In this document: one piece after another, positions 63,501 through 64,000 of the stretch
Numbering within the stretch: position 1 is the first letter of the stretch
Layout of the letters: each line of letters starts with the position of its first letter
Assembly (NCBI GenBank): GCA_036172245.1
Contig: JAYWIR010000004.1
Coordinates: 2,232,001-2,296,000, forward strand
Length of the DNA stretch: 64,000 nt
Direction: 5' to 3'
DNA from: Raillietiella orientalis
Lineage: Eukaryota
Program-made: the position numbers and the translations under genes
The notes under the pieces: model-generated
Databases searched by the model: none
What the model saw: the letters and a program-made list of their open reading frames with translations, nothing else
What the model was told of the DNA's origin: nothing

Positions 63501-64000
63501 GAGAATGTGCTGTTGCCTAGTGTCCAGCGATGTGCAAAACCGTTTCGGAAATGTACACTGACGAATCGGATCTGATCGGTTGCAAACGGACTCAACATAA
63601 ATGTGAAAGGTCATATCGGCAACACTTCCTACATGAAGCGGAGTAAAAGCATTGTAAAGTGGACTGATCGGAATAGCGAGCCCAGTTCCAGTTTGGTTGC
63701 AACGATCGGAACGATTTTGCACCAAAAAAATGAATGTGCGATTGTAAAGCAATCCCAGTCACTCACTGTATACATAGGAAAGATTTTTGGCCTAGTGTGA
63801 GCTGCATGAACACTCAATGATTAAAAAAAACGACGGATGACATTACGTAATTCTATTCACTCCTCCCTAGACACAAAAGAAGTCTGGGAATGTGTAGAGA
63901 TCCCAAAATAAATAATAATTTGAAATAAATAAGCAACAGGGGAGAAAGTGTGAACTGGTATTTGAGCTCGCAAGAGGCAACGAGAGACCAATCTCCATCT

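Noticed and set aside
1..64000. CRISPR array, rRNA or hammerhead ribozyme
   Set aside because: No regularly spaced repeats or rRNA signatures; the CTGATGA/CTGACGA hits I inspected lacked stem II plus GAAA

Overview
Eukaryotic genomic DNA, probably from an invertebrate (arthropod-like), with spliceosomal introns. Three host genes can be reconstructed exon by exon. (1) The 5' part of a Na+/Ca2+ exchanger (NCX/Calx, SLC8 family) on the minus strand: five exons between 16888 and 3900, running off the left edge. (2) A complete long-form RNase Z (ELAC2) on the plus strand: 22741-28738, 9 exons, 762 aa by my model. (3) A complete Raf kinase on the plus strand: 48330-55764, 12 exons plus one candidate micro-exon, 734/744 aa, with a GC-AG intron. 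Between them are decayed non-LTR retrotransposon fragments and two near-identical internally deleted piggyBac elements forming a ~3.3 kb inverted repeat (30081-33415). There are also intronless, stop-interrupted coding-like relics of probable foreign origin: a Wolbachia-like pseudogene just 3' of Raf (~56070-57739) and a possible reovirus-like polymerase fossil (~34700-38700). Both assignments are inferences that need a database search. No rRNA, tRNA or CRISPR array was recognised.
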